A stretch of DNA of 62,711 bases from a virus. Lineage: Duplodnaviria; Caudoviricetes. The stretch's first letter is position 1. Every line of letters begins with the position of its first letter. Shown here one piece after another: positions 54,071 through 62,711 of the stretch. The position numbers and the translations under genes were made by a program. A model generated the notes under the pieces. It had not been told where the DNA came from. It saw only the letters and a list, made by a program, of their open reading frames with translations, and did not search any database. The DNA lies in IMG/VR virus record IMGVR_UViG_3300020123_000077, positions 1-62,711 of that record; one strand, 5' to 3'.

Positions 54071-55588
54071 ATGGAAAAACTCACGCCTGAACTGATGGCA
54101 AAGGCTATCGAGTTCAAGACGAATTTCAGGTTCTACGCTCCAAGATGTTTAAAGGTTAAGCCTAAATCTGGTCATGTCGTGCCGTTCGTAATGAACCAGG
54201 CGCAACTTTACCTGCATGATCAGATAGAGCATCAACTCGCGACGACTGGAAAAGTCCGTGTGATTGTCCTCAAAGGGCGTCAACAGGGTATTTCTACATA
54301 CGTTGAGGCAAGGTTCTACTGGAAAACCAGTATGAACCGAGGCAAGAAGGCGTACATTATTACCCACTTGCAAGAAGCGACTGACAATCTGTTCGCAATG
54401 ACACAGCGATATCACGATCATTGCCCGCCTGCGATGAAGCCGCATACGAAGAATCAATCAGCTAAGGCGCTGACGTTTGACAGACTGGATTCTGAGTTCT
54501 CGGTGGCGACGGCTGGCAGTACAGGAACCGGGCGAGGCGGTACAGGACAGTATTTGCACGGGTCGGAAGTTGGATTTTGGGTCAATGCATCCGATCATAT
54601 GGCCGGTATCGGACAGACGATTCCGGAAGAAGACGGTACAGAGATCGTGTTGGAATCGACGGGAAATGGTATCGGTAACGAGTTTCACAGTCGCTGGCAA
54701 GACGCAGTCAGAGGTAAGTCGGACTACTTACCTGTGTTCATTCCATGGTTTTGGGATAGTGGTTATCAAACCCAGCCGCCAGAAGGTTGGTTTCCAGACC
54801 ACGAAGAAGACGAGTACATGGAGTTGTACGGACTGAATGTCGCGCAAGTCTATTGGCGTCACAAGAAAATAGCCAATGACTTCGGCGGCGAAACATCGTA
54901 TTTCGACCAGGAATATCCGGCAACAGCCGAGATGGCGTTTAGAAAACAGTCTGCCAACACGCTGTTTAGCCTCGCCAGGATAGAAAAAGCGATGGCAACA
55001 ACAGGTTTAGAGGCGGTCGGGCCGAAGATTATGGGCATTGACCCGGCTGAAAGCGATCTGGAATCAGGCGATGACACTGTTTTCGTGCTCAGACAAGGCC
55101 GCGTTGTCCATGAAGTCCTGCGTTATCACGGCAGAAACACGATGGAAACCGTCGGATTAGCCGCTCGAGCCATAGAAAGATGGCAACCTGACTACATTAA
55201 TGTCGATGCTGGCGGGCTTGGAAGCGGTGTGGCAGACCGACTAATCGAACTTGGGCACCCGGTAACGCGGATTTTGTTCGGTGAGCGTGCTTATGAGAAA
55301 GATATTTACGGACTCCGCAGGGATGAAATGTGGGGAGAGATGGCGAATTGGTTCAAAGACATCGTGCAACTACCGAACGATGAACCGATGAAAGCTGATC
55401 TCGCGACACCAATCAAGGATGAAGACAGTTCATTCCGTTTCAAATTAGAAAGTAAAAAATCCATGAAAAAACGCGGACTGAGCAGCCCTGACGCTGGTGA
55501 TGCATTGGCTTTGACATTTGCCATCCCGGCAGTGGCAGTCAAGTCACGTGTGACGCGCACAGAGCGTACGAATTGGCGCGTGATTTAA
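54071..55588 (+). CDS. terL: Terminase large subunit
   Basis: LKGRQQGIST (Walker A), LHGSEV (Walker B), ESTGNG, GIDPA, SPDAGDALALTF. Confidence 0.95.
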   Translation: MEKLTPELMAKAIEFKTNFRFYAPRCLKVKPKSGHVVPFVMNQAQLYLHDQIEHQLATTGKVRVIVLKGRQQGISTYVEARFYWKTSMNRGKKAYIITHLQEATDNLFAMTQRYHDHCPPAMKPHTKNQSAKALTFDRLDSEFSVATAGSTGTGRGGTGQYLHGSEVGFWVNASDHMAGIGQTIPEEDGTEIVLESTGNGIGNEFHSRWQDAVRGKSDYLPVFIPWFWDSGYQTQPPEGWFPDHEEDEYMELYGLNVAQVYWRHKKIANDFGGETSYFDQEYPATAEMAFRKQSANTLFSLARIEKAMATTGLEAVGPKIMGIDPAESDLESGDDTVFVLRQGRVVHEVLRYHGRNTMETVGLAARAIERWQPDYINVDAGGLGSGVADRLIELGHPVTRILFGERAYEKDIYGLRRDEMWGEMANWFKDIVQLPNDEPMKADLATPIKDEDSSFRFKLESKKSMKKRGLSSPDAGDALALTFAIPAVAVKSRVTRTERTNWRVI

Positions 55589-55589
55589 G

Positions 55590-57704
55590 ATGAGTATTGC
55601 TCAGTATTCTGATGATCAAGTCCTGAAGCTTGATCCGGAAGCGCTGTCTATCGATAAACTCGATGCGTTTCTGTACGAAATCAGGCTACAACCAAACTGG
55701 CGTCGTGAGTCAGACACGGATGCTGACTATTACGACGGCAATCAGTTGGATCACGAGACGTTAGATGACATGCAGCGTCTAGGTATGGCTCCGTTGATCC
55801 GTAATCTGATCCGGCCAACAATCGACGTTGCGTTGGGAATGGAAGCAAAAACCCGCTCAGATTGGCGCGTACAGGCCGATAACGACAAGGATCAAGACGT
55901 TGCAGAGGCTTTATCCGTCAAATTAAAAGAGGCGGAACGCGAGTCCAGAGCCGATAGAGCGTGTTCTGATGCTTATGCGCAGCAGTTAAAAGCCGGAATT
56001 GGCTGGGTTGAAGTATCGCGAGAGCTTGACCCATTCAAATATCCCTATAGGGTTTCAAGCGTTTCTCGCAGGGAAATATACTGGGATTGGCGTGCTAAGG
56101 AGCCAGACCTATCGGACGCTCGTTACTTGGTTCGACGCAGGTGGTTGGACTTGGACATTCTCGGTTTAATGTTTCCGGATCAGAAGGATTTGGTCGATTC
56201 GTTGGGCTTCTCCCGTGCGAATTGGGACACGCCGCTGACTGATTTTCCGTCCATCGGTGCCAGAACTTGGGTGATTGAGCGCGACGTCACGATTCCCGAG
56301 AGCGATTGGAGAGATTCGACCCGTAAGCGGTTATGTCTGTACGAGGTTTGGTATCGGGTTTGGAAGCGTGGTTATGTTATTCGGACGCCGGATGGCCGCA
56401 CGGTTGAAGTGGATTTGAATAATCCGAAGCATTCAGTCGCGATTGCCGCCGGTGCAGTCGATCCGATTCCGGCGATATTCCCGAAAATGCGGTTGAGCTG
56501 GTGGATTGGGCCGCACCGCATCGCCGATATGCCGACGCCTTACAAGCATAGTAATTTCCCGTATATTCCATTTTGGGGCTATCGCGAAGACCTCACGAAC
56601 ATTCCGTATGGACTGATTCGGTCGATGCGCAGCCCGCAGGACGAGATCAACGCACGTCTTTCGAAGATGATGTGGTTAATGTCGGCCAAGCGCGTGACGA
56701 TGTCAGGTGATGCGGTTGATGATGTAGACGAGGTGCGGCGTGAGATTGGTCGACCTGATGCATTGATTGTCCTTTCCAAGAATTTCAAGGAAGGCAAAGA
56801 CGTATTTAAGGTCGATGACCAGATGCAGCTCAGTCAGCAACAGTTCATGGTGCTGAAGGATGCGATTGATACTTTCCCGAAATCGGCAGGTATTTTCAAT
56901 GCATTGATGGGTGAATCGCAGCCAAGCGGCGCGAATTCCGGTGTGGCGATCAATAGTCTGGTCGAGCAGGGAACAACGACACTGGCTGAGATCAATGATA
57001 ACTACCGCTATGGTCGCCGAGCTGTTGGGCAGGCAATCGTTGAACTGATCCGTGAAGACCTTGGTTCAGAGCCTTCGGTAGTCGATGCTGATGCAAAGTT
57101 CGGCCAAGGCACCGAGAAGCGCCGGATCAATCTAAACTCGCCGAAGGTAGATAACGGTGTGCAGATGCTGGACAACGATGTACAGAGATCGCTCGTCAAA
57201 GTCAGCCTAGAAGATGTACCAAGTACGCCTTCTTACCGTGCGCAGCAGTTGATGATGATGACTGAGATGACCAAGTCATTGCCGCCGAATATACAGGCGT
57301 TTGTCGTGCCGTTCATCCTTGAATCCAGTGAAATGCCGCACCGCAGAGAGGTTGCTGATCAGGTACGAAAAGCACTTGGCATGGGTGAGAACAACGGTCA
57401 GACCTTCACCAAAGAGCAGGTTGACCAGATGGTTCAACAGAAGGTCGAAGAAGCAATGCAGCAGTCTGGACTACAGATTAAACAGCAAGAATTGCAGGTC
57501 AAGGCCAAGCATATCGATAACCAGCATGAGATAGCTACACAGAAATTATCGATAGAAGCATTCAACGCCGAGTCGCAGCGTCTAACGGCAGAAGCAGGAA
57601 GCAAGGGTATTTATGCAGGCATCGATATGAAGACGCTGGATGTCTTGCTGACACATGACCAGGCTTTAATTCAGGATCAATCATCACAACCACAGGAGCA
57701 GTAA
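55590..57704 (+). CDS. Portal protein (933W/P22-like)
   Basis: YYDGNQL, NLIRPTID, FPYIPFWGYRED, QDEINAR.SK, SGVAI..LVEQG motifs. Confidence 0.92.
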   Translation: MSIAQYSDDQVLKLDPEALSIDKLDAFLYEIRLQPNWRRESDTDADYYDGNQLDHETLDDMQRLGMAPLIRNLIRPTIDVALGMEAKTRSDWRVQADNDKDQDVAEALSVKLKEAERESRADRACSDAYAQQLKAGIGWVEVSRELDPFKYPYRVSSVSRREIYWDWRAKEPDLSDARYLVRRRWLDLDILGLMFPDQKDLVDSLGFSRANWDTPLTDFPSIGARTWVIERDVTIPESDWRDSTRKRLCLYEVWYRVWKRGYVIRTPDGRTVEVDLNNPKHSVAIAAGAVDPIPAIFPKMRLSWWIGPHRIADMPTPYKHSNFPYIPFWGYREDLTNIPYGLIRSMRSPQDEINARLSKMMWLMSAKRVTMSGDAVDDVDEVRREIGRPDALIVLSKNFKEGKDVFKVDDQMQLSQQQFMVLKDAIDTFPKSAGIFNALMGESQPSGANSGVAINSLVEQGTTTLAEINDNYRYGRRAVGQAIVELIREDLGSEPSVVDADAKFGQGTEKRRINLNSPKVDNGVQMLDNDVQRSLVKVSLEDVPSTPSYRAQQLMMMTEMTKSLPPNIQAFVVPFILESSEMPHRREVADQVRKALGMGENNGQTFTKEQVDQMVQQKVEEAMQQSGLQIKQQELQVKAKHIDNQHEIATQKLSIEAFNAESQRLTAEAGSKGIYAGIDMKTLDVLLTHDQALIQDQSSQPQEQ

Positions 57705-57920
57705 ATGGCAACCTTACGCGAAGTAATTGAAGGAAACATTGCAACACTCGAAGCAGAAGCAGCAGCAGTGAAGGCTAAGTATGAAGAGGACGCGGCGGCA
57801 TTGACGGCAAAGATCGATGAGGCTCGCACACATTTGACGACATTCGGCACATGGTTAGAGCAGGAAGCAACGATTGCCAAGGATGCAATCACGGAATTGT
57901 TTGCGAAATTTGGTCTGTAA
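57705..57920 (+). CDS. Small coiled-coil protein
   Basis: GGAG RBS; helical Ala/Glu-rich sequence. Confidence 0.6.
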   Translation: MATLREVIEGNIATLEAEAAAVKAKYEEDAAALTAKIDEARTHLTTFGTWLEQEATIAKDAITELFAKFGL

Positions 57921-57946
57921 CACGTCTTTAAACTTGCGGAGGACAG

Positions 57947-59386
57947 ATGAGTAATGAAGCATTAGCAATTAAATGGGATTTGTTGCCGTACGTAAATGGC
58001 GAAGGGCTTGATGTTGGATGTGCAGATGCTCGGCCCCACGATTGGTTCGTCGGCATTGATTTGAATCCAGGCACCGGGCCACGCGGCCCGAACCTTTTAA
58101 TGGACGGCAGGAAGCTTGAGAAGATTGCCGATAACTCGCAAAACTTCGTCTTCTCAAGCTACTTGTTAAATGAGTTAGATGATTGGCCGAGCGTTTTGGC
58201 GAATTGGTGGCGCGTTCTGAAGGACGATGGTTATCTTATTCTGTTCTTGCCAGTGACTGAAACATGCACGCCGAAAGCCGTGGTTGATGCAATGGTTCCG
58301 TTGAAGCCTTGGCAGTTTATCGAGGCCAGAGTCAACGGTGAACAGTTGTTCCAAGTGTATCGAAAGTGCGATAGGCCGAGTACGTTGGGTGATCCAAAGC
58401 CGGAAAAGATCGTGGCCTGCATGAAATTGGGTGCGCATGGCGATGCGTTGTGGGCGTCAAGCGTCTTTCCGCACCTGAAAGAACAGGGTTATCACGTCAT
58501 TCTGTACACGCAGGACACCGGCGAAGAGGTTTTGAGACACGATCCGCATATTGATCAGTTGATTAAGTTCGAGTCTCGTGTGCCGATGGGCGAGTTGGGT
58601 GATTTGTTTGCATGGATGGAAGCAAAGTACAAGGAATGCCGGATTCTGGTTGAGTGTGTCGAAGGGACGTTGTTACCGAGTCCGCAGAAAATTCAATACT
58701 GGTTCCCGCATGAGCTTCGCCATAAGCTGATGAACCATAATTATCTGGATATTCATCATTTACAGGGCAAGGTTCCGCTCTTTCCGAAGCGTTCCAAGTT
58801 CTATCCGAGTGAAGACGAAGCGAAATGGGCCAATGAATTACGGGCAACGCTTCAACCACATGTTGTGGTATTGGTGCCGAACGGTTCCAGTTGTACAAAA
58901 TATTGGCCGTATGCCGCTGAACTGACCAAGAAATTATTGGAACGCGAAGATATTACCGTCGTGATGATCGGTGATGAGCGCGGTACGGTGTTGGAAGAAC
59001 ATCCGAGACTACTGAAAGTCGGCACAAGTTGGCCGGTTCGCAAGGCGATGACGTTCGTTCAACTAGCAAATGTCGTGGTCGGTGAAGAGACTGGCATGTT
59101 GAACGCAGTGTCTTTCAATGAACATGTGGCAAAGATCGTGCTGTTGACCCATTCATCTGTCGAGAATCTGACGCGTGACTGGAATAACACGCAGGTATTG
59201 TATGGTGATGTGCCATGCTACCCTTGTCACCGGCTCCACTACAACTTCGATGGCTGTGTCAAAGCCGATGGAATGGAAGCAGCAAAGTGTCAGGCGGATA
59301 TCAGCGTTGATCGTGTTTTGGAAGCGATCAATCAAAGCTTCGGGGGCGAAAGAACGGAAGACCGCAAGCTTCTGGAGTCGGTATAA
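57947..59386 (+). CDS. Methyltransferase-like domain fused to a GT9 (heptosyltransferase-like) glycosyltransferase
   Basis: GLDVGC...FVFSSYLL...WWRVLK.DGYLILFLP; then LGAHGD, K.WPY, VVGEETG.LN and CYPC...C...C motifs of GT9. Confidence 0.82.
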   Translation: MSNEALAIKWDLLPYVNGEGLDVGCADARPHDWFVGIDLNPGTGPRGPNLLMDGRKLEKIADNSQNFVFSSYLLNELDDWPSVLANWWRVLKDDGYLILFLPVTETCTPKAVVDAMVPLKPWQFIEARVNGEQLFQVYRKCDRPSTLGDPKPEKIVACMKLGAHGDALWASSVFPHLKEQGYHVILYTQDTGEEVLRHDPHIDQLIKFESRVPMGELGDLFAWMEAKYKECRILVECVEGTLLPSPQKIQYWFPHELRHKLMNHNYLDIHHLQGKVPLFPKRSKFYPSEDEAKWANELRATLQPHVVVLVPNGSSCTKYWPYAAELTKKLLEREDITVVMIGDERGTVLEEHPRLLKVGTSWPVRKAMTFVQLANVVVGEETGMLNAVSFNEHVAKIVLLTHSSVENLTRDWNNTQVLYGDVPCYPCHRLHYNFDGCVKADGMEAAKCQADISVDRVLEAINQSFGGERTEDRKLLESV

Positions 59387-59440
59387 GACCGAACGTCCCC
59401 ACCTATTTTCGCAAGTCCAGCGAGACGGACAAAACATGTG

Positions 59441-59462
59441 AGCACCTTCGGGTGCTTTTTTA
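59441..59462 (+). terminator. Rho-independent terminator
   Basis: AGCACC-TTCG-GGTGCT followed by a T tract. Confidence 0.85.
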
Positions 59463-59482
59463 TTGGGCTTTAGGAGAAAATT

Positions 59483-59821
59483 ATGTCATTAGCCCCTAAT
59501 ACAGTGCCAACCGTCTTCGATCTATTCGATGGAAACGGTGCAACAACTGGCACGCGAGCTGGTGCAAGCAAAGTTTTCCCTGCTGGGAAAAAAGCTATCC
59601 AAGTCTCGCTTGTAACATCCGCAACACTGACGATCAAGATCCAGAACTCGGTTGATAACACCAACTGGTTCGACATCAGCTCGTCTACTGTAGCACCTGG
59701 TTATTTGGCAGAGGTTGATTCTACCGTTCCTTATTGGCGCGTGAACGTCACATCTCACACAACGAGCGGAACTGGTACAGCAGCGCCAATCGTGGCCTCA
59801 ATTGCCCAATTGATTCCATAA
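59483..59821 (+). CDS. Ser/Thr-rich putative head decoration protein
   Basis: AGGAG RBS; IKIQNSVDNTNW motif similar to 52374-52742. Confidence 0.55.
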   Translation: MSLAPNTVPTVFDLFDGNGATTGTRAGASKVFPAGKKAIQVSLVTSATLTIKIQNSVDNTNWFDISSSTVAPGYLAEVDSTVPYWRVNVTSHTTSGTGTAAPIVASIAQLIP

Positions 59822-59837
59822 CAAATAGGAGTCAATC

Positions 59838-60233
59838 ATGGCATCTTTTACCAATACAGAAGGCCTACTTCGGACATGTACGATCATTGAACAGAATGCA
59901 AATACTATTCAAGGCGTTTATTACGATACGGCTGTTTATGGGACATCTGGCAGCGGCGCACTCACACTGCGTTTAAACCGCGATGTTTTGGACGGTGGCA
60001 TGTATGTTTCGGCAGGAACTCAAACATCTTCTACATTCCAAGTTGTTCTTGATTTGGTTAATGCACATCATGGCGCATCGATGACGATCAAGCGCACCAA
60101 TGCCTCACCCAGCACGTCCAGTTACACCATTCTGTCCGGCTCCGCAGCTGGTGCAGCAGTTGGTGCAATTACTACCAGCGTGAACGGCAGCGTGACTGTT
60201 GTTTACGACGGCGTCAACCAAGTTTGGCGTTAA
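59838..60233 (+). CDS. Ser/Thr-rich putative virion protein
   Basis: AGGAG RBS; SVTVVYDG...W C-terminal fibre-tip-like motif. Confidence 0.55.
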   Translation: MASFTNTEGLLRTCTIIEQNANTIQGVYYDTAVYGTSGSGALTLRLNRDVLDGGMYVSAGTQTSSTFQVVLDLVNAHHGASMTIKRTNASPSTSSYTILSGSAAGAAVGAITTSVNGSVTVVYDGVNQVWR

Positions 60234-60312
60234 GCAGTACCTCGATTTGTCCCCGATAAGGACTACAGATTTTTAACCTTCCGCATCCTATGCGATAAAT
60301 GGAGAACTTTGT

Positions 60313-61353
60313 ATGAGCAAGAAAAACCTACAGTACTATCTGCAAAATCCCGATGAGATGCCGACAGATCCCAAGGTGCTAGAGCAATTGGCCAATGACC
60401 AAGTGCGCGATGCCATCGAAGGAAATGAAGATCAGCTCACCGTAGACCGCTTTGTTGCATCCGATCCGGTTGCAAAGGACGAGAGAACCGGCGAATCGTC
60501 CGACGCCGAACCAAAGCCAGGTGAAAAAACTGTAGCGGAAGAAACTGCGGCAGAAGTGAAGGCAGACGATAAGCCTGTCGATACTGAAAAGCCAGCGGGA
60601 ATACTCGCAAAAGACGGAAAGAATGTAATCCCTTACTCACAACTGGAATCAGCGCGTCAACGTGCGTTAGCTGCTGAACAGTTGGCTCAATCACAAGCAG
60701 AAGAACTGGAAAGACTGCGTGCTGCAAAAGACACGGATTCAAATGTCAATGCAGATGTGCAGATGCTTTCGGATGATGACTTGAACGCGCTCGCACAAGA
60801 TTCGCCGACACTGGCGAAAGTCATGCGTGCGCAACAGAACATGATCCAAAAGCTGACAGGAACTGTGGAAGAGTTAGCCAGTGAGCAGGGAAGACAGATT
60901 GCTAACGAAACCTCGACTGTCAAAAGCGAGATTCAGTCGGCAATCGATGCAACACCTCTTTTAGCCGAATGGCAGACAGCCGAAGACCAGACCCTCTGGA
61001 ATGAAGCGTCTCGATTCGACAAGTTGCTGCGAGAAAGCCCGCGCTATGCCAATGTGCCTTTCGAAGAACGTTTCGCCAAGGTAGTCGAACTCACGCAAAC
61101 GGCCTTAGGGTTGGAGCGCGAAGAAGAGATACAGGCGAAACCTGAGCTTACACAAAGTCAAATTAGAGCGGCGGCGGAAGCAAAGATGAAGAAAGCGGTT
61201 CCTTTGCCTAAGACGTTATCAGATATACCGGGCGGTGCGCCTCCTGCAGTGGACGAGAAAGATCGACTTGAACAAATGTCATCGGTAGAACTCGGACAAA
61301 AATTCCTGGGAATGACCCCGGATCAGATGCAGGCGTACTTGAACGCTTTGTAA
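60313..61353 (+). CDS. Capsid scaffolding protein
   Basis: Acidic coiled coil; ILAKDGK.VIPY..LE..R and LSDIPGG motifs; precedes the capsid gene. Confidence 0.8.
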   Translation: MSKKNLQYYLQNPDEMPTDPKVLEQLANDQVRDAIEGNEDQLTVDRFVASDPVAKDERTGESSDAEPKPGEKTVAEETAAEVKADDKPVDTEKPAGILAKDGKNVIPYSQLESARQRALAAEQLAQSQAEELERLRAAKDTDSNVNADVQMLSDDDLNALAQDSPTLAKVMRAQQNMIQKLTGTVEELASEQGRQIANETSTVKSEIQSAIDATPLLAEWQTAEDQTLWNEASRFDKLLRESPRYANVPFEERFAKVVELTQTALGLEREEEIQAKPELTQSQIRAAAEAKMKKAVPLPKTLSDIPGGAPPAVDEKDRLEQMSSVELGQKFLGMTPDQMQAYLNAL

Positions 61354-61372
61354 TTAATCAAGGAGAGCCATT

Positions 61373-62650
61373 ATGGCTACAAATATCGCCTACGGGTCAG
61401 CACTAGCCCGTAAAGTGTATGGTGCAGCCTTGTTCGCTGCTGTGCAGATTGAGCCGGGTTTTATGAACCTGCTCACCGGCCCGGCACCAAAACAAGCTGA
61501 AGCAGAATCGAAGCTGAAAGGCCAAACCTCTGCAGAATATCCGATTGTCCGCGTCACCGACCTGTCAAAAGGTGCTGGTGCGTCCGTCTCGGTTGATCTG
61601 TTCAATAACTTGACAGGCAAACCAACGATGGGCGACAAGCGTATCGCCGGTAAGTTGATGAGCCTCACATACAGTTCCATGGATGTGCAGATCAATCAAT
61701 ATCGCGGTGGTGCCGATGCCGGTGGTCGCATGACGCAACAACGTACCGTATGGAATTTACGCGGTATCGCAATGGCCGGTCTCACAAACTGGTCAGGTCG
61801 TCTTGAAGATCAATTGTGTCTGGTTCACATGGCGGGTGCACGCGGCACGCAGAATACGGCTGACTGGGTTATCCCATTGGCTTCTGACGCTGATTTCACC
61901 ACCATCATGGTCAATACCGTCAACTGCCCGACCAAAAATCGCCAGTTCTACGCGAATGACGCAACCGGTGCCAATAACCTCGATACGACTGACATCCTGA
62001 CTTTGACTGACTTTGACCGGGTTGCATCTGTCCTGAAAGACAGCCAAATCCCGTTGCAGTCTATCAAGATCAAGGGTGATGTCTACGCTTGGAACGATCC
62101 GTTGTGGGTGTGCTTCGTGACAGCGCGTCAATGGCTGTACCTGCAAACACGAACCGGTGAAAAATCGTGGCGTTCATTCCTGCAAAACGCGTATGAGCGC
62201 CGTTCTGCAGGCATGCGTCATCCATTGTTCTACGGTGACGTTGGTATGTGGGCCGGTATTTTGATCCGTCCTATGAATCGTCTGGCAATCCGTTTCAATG
62301 CTGGCGATACCGTAGCGGTCGATAGTGGTGGTACGAATGGTAAGACATTCACCTCTACGAACCAGACCGCATCCGTCCCAATTGATCGCGCCCTGGTCGT
62401 TGGTGCTCAAGCATTGCTGAAGTGTTATGGCCAGCATCAAAGCTCTGAGTACTACTACTCGTGGCACGAAGAGTTGGTCGATCATCAGAATGCAGTTGAA
62501 ACATCTGTCGCAATGATGGGCGGCGTTGCCAAGACACGCTTCCAATTTTACGATGGTACTGCTAATGTGGACACAGATTATGGAATCGCGGTCATAGACA
62601 GCTACGCCCCCGACCCAACCACAGCCGCAGGAAAGGCTCTGTTAGTGTAA
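61373..62650 (+). CDS. Major capsid protein (N4-gp56/DUF4043 family)
   Basis: PIVRVTDLSKGAG..V..DL, GRMTQQRT, HPLF.G..GMW.GIL.R, GAQAL, DYG..VID. Confidence 0.92.
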   Translation: MATNIAYGSALARKVYGAALFAAVQIEPGFMNLLTGPAPKQAEAESKLKGQTSAEYPIVRVTDLSKGAGASVSVDLFNNLTGKPTMGDKRIAGKLMSLTYSSMDVQINQYRGGADAGGRMTQQRTVWNLRGIAMAGLTNWSGRLEDQLCLVHMAGARGTQNTADWVIPLASDADFTTIMVNTVNCPTKNRQFYANDATGANNLDTTDILTLTDFDRVASVLKDSQIPLQSIKIKGDVYAWNDPLWVCFVTARQWLYLQTRTGEKSWRSFLQNAYERRSAGMRHPLFYGDVGMWAGILIRPMNRLAIRFNAGDTVAVDSGGTNGKTFTSTNQTASVPIDRALVVGAQALLKCYGQHQSSEYYYSWHEELVDHQNAVETSVAMMGGVAKTRFQFYDGTANVDTDYGIAVIDSYAPDPTTAAGKALLV

Positions 62651-62711
62651 TGATTTGTTCTGTTGAAAATTGTGGCGTTAAAGCGCATGGACATGGTTTA
62701 TGTAGGAAGCA
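62585..62711. repeat. Terminal direct repeat, copy of 1-127
   Basis: Exact 127-nt identity. Confidence 0.97.

Noticed and set aside
62585-62711. 127-bp terminal repeat as a biological direct terminal repeat
   Set aside because: It cuts through the capsid and HNH genes, and 127 is a common assembler k-mer length, so it is best read as a circularisation overlap.

Overview
This window is an apparently complete, circularly permuted dsDNA phage genome of about 62.6 kb. Bases 62585-62711 repeat bases 1-127 exactly, which looks like an assembly overlap. The virion genes follow the short-tailed 933W/Stx-phage plan: terS, terL, portal, scaffold, N4-gp56/DUF4043-type capsid, adaptor and nozzle, tailspike, ejection proteins and a giant polyvalent protein. 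There is a lysis cassette (GH108 endolysin, Rz/Rz1) and a lambdoid-type early region (ERF, exonuclease, Cro-like HTH, NinB, RusA, DUF1376 initiator, Q-like gene with a late promoter and terminator). I found no integrase, CI repressor, DNA polymerase, tRNA or CRISPR array. Most notable: (1) a 12.4 kb minus-strand operon for nucleotide-heptose or branched-sugar synthesis (GmhA, HldA, HldC, SDR epimerase, cupin-TPP fusion, two radical SAM enzymes, GT2, HAD), plus a methyltransferase-GT9 gene inside the head module and many Ser/Thr-rich virion proteins, together suggesting a phage-encoded virion glycosylation system; (2) an intein that splits a radical SAM CxxxCxxC motif and carries its Vsr-like endonuclease in a different reading frame; (3) a candidate +1 frameshift (TTT-TGA) in hldC; (4) a 1848-aa protein, probably injected from the virion, with pyrophosphatase, GGDEF, GNAT, zincin and ART-like domains, and a Tad2-like nucleotide sponge. 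All function calls come from motif recognition by eye; no database searches were run.
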